This document shows, piece by piece, positions 58,230-64,000 of a DNA stretch of 64,000 nucleotides. Source of the stretch: the human T2T-CHM13v2.0 reference genome, Homo sapiens; assembly GCF_009914755.1 (NCBI RefSeq), contig NC_060948.1; one strand, written 5' to 3'. Every line of letters begins with the position of its first letter. Positions within the stretch are counted from its first letter, which is position 1. Below the pieces are notes generated by a model, which worked only from the letters and a program-made list of their open reading frames with translations, did not search any database and was not told the origin of the DNA. The position numbers were made by a program, and so were the translations under genes.

Positions 58230-60334
58230 AGATCCATATTTTTTAAATGAAAAAAAATTTCAAAGGTACTCTGCTTGGTACAATAATCAAATGTATAAAC
58301 TGAGGAATAAAACATAACCATGAAACCTACTTATAACTGCATATGGAAAATACAGAGGATAATTTTTTAAATAACATATTTTGAAAGCCTTAACTAGTAA
58401 TTTGAAGAGTTGGCATTTGAAAGGCCAGTATGAATATACCTTCAATGCAGCAACACAGGTTCCCCATGAGAAACAGCAAACCCAGGGAAAATAAAACCAA
58501 AAAGGTTCAATCTCTTCTGACCTTTGAAAGACACAGCACAGACAGTGGTCCTTAGGACGAAGAGCAGGAGACCCCTAATTCCGTCACCATGGCGATAGGG
58601 CATAAACTTTGCTGGGTGAGGGCACAATCCACATTGAGAGGTCCAACTGCTGCCAGGAAGACAGGAGTGCTTTTACATAGACCGAAAGGTCATTGAAGGC
58701 TCAGAGTTTTGTTTCAAGAACTGAATCCCAAGCCCACACGTTATTAGGCTGCGCTTCTTAAAACAAGTTATGAGATGGGAAAAAGGGCACCCACAAACAT
58801 ACGTATACATTATGTATATAATAATATACAGTATCATATATATAATATATAAAACCTATGTATAATATTGTTTTACATCCTGCATCTTATATTATATATA
58901 TTGTATAAAATATAATAATTGATAATATATAACGTTTATATTTATAAAATATGACATATAGTATATATTATAATTTATGACATATATAATATATGTTATA
59001 TATCATATATAGAATATATTATACAGTTAATATACGTATTAAATATAAATTATACATTATATATATTATATATAATATATCTGTTATATATAATACCCAT
59101 TATGCATAATATATATATTATGTCTATGTTATATATAGTATAAAACAACATATAATAATATATAATTGTATATATAAAATGCGACATATAATATATATTA
59201 TATTTTATGACATATGTAATATATATTATATATTATATATAATACGTTGTATGTATAATACCTATGTTAAATATATATTATATGACTATGTTATTAATTA
59301 CATGTCACATATGTTATATATTATATATTTTACATAGAATATACCGGTTACATACAATATATACTATGTTACCTATAATGTATAATTTATTACATGTAAA
59401 ATAAAGAATGCAATATATTATGTATAATTTATAATATACCATATGTGGAATGTGATATATATAACATATAATATATGATATATGATATACAGTATATGAT
59501 ATATAACATACAATATATGATTCCTAATATATATGGTATACAATATATATTTTATGATATGTATTCTATATGTTTTATATTCTGTTATATATAACTATTT
59601 GAAATTATATATAACTGTATAATATTTTATGTAAATATGTAATATAATATATATAACTATATAATATATTATATATAACTATATATTATGTTATATATAC
59701 TTTTATAACATAATTTACATCAAATATCATAATATAATATATATTATATTATTTCATATTACATAATATATATTACATATCTCCCAATATAACTAACATA
59801 CATAATATTATAATATAGATTATATTGTGTTATATTAAATATCATATATATCATGTATCATATATTCTATAATATATATTACACATTATATAATATGTAC
59901 GTTGTCTATTATGTGATATATATAACTCTATATATAATAATATTTTTATACATATAACTAGATAAACATGTAATTCTACATATTTTCATTTATAATATGT
60001 AGAATTATATAATCATATATAATTATTTATATTCTATAAAAAATTATATCATTCTATCAATTATAATATATAAAAATTATAATATGTACTACAAATATAT
60101 ATATTATATATCATATATGATATAGTACCTTTGTTATATATCATAATACATATAAATGTGTATTATGTTATCTATAATTATATAATTTCATATATAAGAT
60201 GTATAATATGTATCATATATTATATATGTTATGTAATATATATAGTATATATAAGATGACACAGGATAAATATTATATACTATGACATATAAAATATATG
60301 AGGTTATATGTTACATATAAGGCATAGCACATAA

Positions 60335-60649
<315 letters not shown>

Positions 60650-62777
60650 AGATCCATATTTTTTAAATGAAAAAAACTTTCAAAGGTACTCTGCTTGGTA
60701 CAATAATCAAATGTATAAACTGAGGAATAAAACATAACCATGAAACCTACTTATAACTGCATATGGAAAATACAGAGGATAATTTTTTAAATAACATATT
60801 TTGAAAGCCTTAACTAGTAATTTGAAGAGTTGGCATTTGAAAGGCCAGTATGAATATACCTTCAAAGCAGCAACACAGGTTCCCCATGAGAAAAAGCAAA
60901 CACAGGGAAAATAAAAACACAAAGGTTCAATCTCTTCTGACCTTAGAAAGACACAGCATAGACAGTGGTCCTTAGGACGAAGAGCAGGAGACCCCTAATT
61001 CCGTCACCATGGCGATAGGGCATAAACATTGCTGGGTGAGGGCACAATCCACATTGTGAGGTCCAACTGCTGCCAGGAAGACAGGAGTGCTTTTACATAG
61101 ACCGAAAGGTCATTGAAGGCTCAGAGTTTTGTTTCAAGAACTGAATCCCAAGCCCACACGTTATTAGGCTGCGCTTCTTAAAACAAGTTATGAGATGGGA
61201 AAAAGGGCACCCACAAACATACGTATACATTATGTATATAATAATATACAGTGTCATATATATAATATATATAACCTATGTATAATATTGTTTTACATCC
61301 TGCATCTTATGTTATATATATTGTATAAAATATAATAATTGATAATATATAAGTTTTATATTTATACAATATGACATATAGTATATATTATAATTTATGA
61401 CATATATAATATATGTTATATGTCATATATAGAATATATTCTACGGTTAATATACGTATTAAATATAAATTATACATTATATATATTATATATAATATAT
61501 CTGTTATATATAATACCCAATATGCATAATATATATATTATGTCTATGTTATATATAGTATAAAACAACATATAATAATATATAATTGTATATATAAAAT
61601 GCGACATATAATATATATTATATTTTATAACATATGTAATATATATTATATATTATATATAATACGTTGTATGTATAATACCTATATTAAATATATATTA
61701 TATGACTATGTTATTAATTACATGTCACATGTGTTATACATTATATATTTTACATAGAATATACCGGTTACATACAATATATACTATGTTACCTATAATG
61801 TATAATTTATTACATGTAAAATAAAGAATGCAATATATTATGTATAATTTATAATATACAATATGTGGAATGTGATATATATAACATATAATATATGATA
61901 TATGATATACAGTATATGATATATAACATACAATATATGATTCCTAATATATATGGTATACAATATATATTTTATGATATGTATTCCATATGTTTTATAT
62001 TCTGTTATATATAACTATTTGAAATTATATATAACTGTATAATATTTTATGTAAATATGTAATATAATATATATAACTATATAATATATTATATATAACT
62101 ATATATTATGTTATATATACTTTTATAACATAATTTACATAAAATATCATAATATAATATATATTATATTATTTCATATTACATAATATATATTACATAT
62201 CACCCAATATAACTAACATACATAATATTATAATATAGATTATATTGTGTTATATTAAATATCATATATATCATGTATCATATATTCTATACTATATATT
62301 ACACATTATATAATATGTATGTTGTCTATTATGTGATATATATAACTATATATATAATTATATTTTTATACATATAACTAGATAAACATGTAATTCTGCA
62401 TATTTTCATTTATAATATGTAGAATTATATAATCATATATAATTATTTATATTCTATAAAAAATTTTATCATTCTATAAATTATAATATATAAAAATTAT
62501 AATATGTACTACAAATATATATATTATATATCATATAAGATATAGTACCTTTGTTATATATCATAATACATATAAATGTGTATTATGTTATCTATAATTA
62601 TATAATTTCATATATAAGATGTATAATATGTATCATATATTATATATGTTATGTAATATATATAGTATATATAAGATGACACAGGATAAATATTATATAC
62701 TATGACATATAAAATATATGAGGTTATATGTTACATATAAGGCATAGCACATAACATGTAATATATATCATATATAA

Positions 62778-63069
62778 TTTTTTTTTAGACAGAATCTTGT
62801 CCTGTTGCACAGGGTGGGGTACAATGGCGCCATCTTTGCTCACTGCAACTTCTGCCTCACGGGACCAAGCGATTGTCCCCCCTCAGCCTCCCAGGTAGCT
62901 GGGACTACACCACACTGGGACTACACCAGCTGCCACCATGCCTAGCTAATTTTTTGGATTTTTAGTAGTGACAGCGTTTCACTGTATTGGCCAGGATGGT
63001 CTTGATCTCTTCACCTTGTGATCCCCTTGCCTTGGCCTCCAAATTTGCTGGGATTACAGGCCTGAGCCA
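62778..63069 (-). mobile_element. Alu, DYZ2 unit U27
   Basis: Near-identical copy of the Alu at 2350-2641. Confidence 0.93.
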
Positions 63070-64000
63070 AGATCCATATTTTTTAAATGAAAAAAACTTT
63101 CAAAGGTACTCTGCTTGGTACAATAATCAAATGTATAAACTGAGGAATAAAACATAACCATGAAACCTACTTATAACTGCATATGGAAAATACAGAGGAT
63201 AATTTTTTAAATAACATATTTTGAAAGCCTTAACTAGTAATTTGAAGAGTTGGCATTTGAAAGGCCAGTATGAATATACCTTCAAAGCAGCAACACAGGT
63301 TCCCCATGAGAAAAAGCAAACACAGGGAAAATAAAAACACAAAGGTTCAATCTCTTCTGACCTTTGAAAGACACAGCACAGACAGTGGTCCTTAGGACGA
63401 AGAGCAGGAGACCCCTAATTCCGTCACCATGGCGATAGGGCATAAACATTGCTGGGTGAGGGCACAATCCACATTGTGAGGTCCAACTGCTGCCAGGAAG
63501 ACAGGAGTGCTTTTACATAGACCGAAAGGTCATTGAAGGCTCAGAGTTTTGTTTCAAGAACTGAATCCCAAGCCCACACGTTATTAGGCTGCGCTTCTTA
63601 AAACAAGTTATGAGATGGGAAAAAGGGCACCCACAAACATACGTATACATTATGTATATAATAATATACAGTGTCATATATATAATATATATAACCTATG
63701 TATAATATTGTTTTACATCCTGTATCTTATGTTATATATATTGTATAAAATATAATAATTGATAATATATAAGTTTTATATTTATACAATATGACATATA
63801 GTATATATTATAATTTATGACATATATAATATATGTTATATGTCATATATAGAAAATATTATACGGTTAATATACGTATTAAATATAAATTATACATTAT
63901 ATATATCATATATAATATATCTGTTATATATAATACCCATTATGCATAATATATATATTATGTCTATGTTATATATAGTATAAAACAACATATAATAATA

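Overview
The whole 64 kb is one uninterrupted head-to-tail tandem array of a ~2.42-kb composite unit: 26 complete units plus a partial 27th. Using cttctgcctcacggg as the register, unit starts are 1, 2421, 4843, 7265, 9685, 12097, 14508, 16921, 19332, 21745, 24167, 26589, 29009, 31420, 33829, 36244, 38664, 41084, 43504, 45924, 48344, 50757, 53177, 55590, 58009, 60429 and 62849 (U1-U27). Each unit has three parts: a diverged, nearly full-length Alu on the minus strand, a ~560-bp mixed-composition segment (HSATI-like), and ~1.56 kb of extremely AT-rich low-complexity DNA. The architecture, the period and a predicted 2146-bp HaeIII fragment identify it as human DYZ2/HSat1B satellite, most likely Yq12 heterochromatin (smaller HSat1B arrays also lie on acrocentric short arms). 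There are no credible protein-coding or RNA genes; the listed ORFs are repeat by-products. I do not see a new biological system here. The informative signal is in the variants between units: dimeric higher-order repeats, a recent near-identical amplification, chimeric units, a subfamily switch near 34.7 kb, a divergent patch at ~55.6-59.3 kb carrying ancestral Alu bases, and CpG-decay footprints. All unit comparisons were made by eye.
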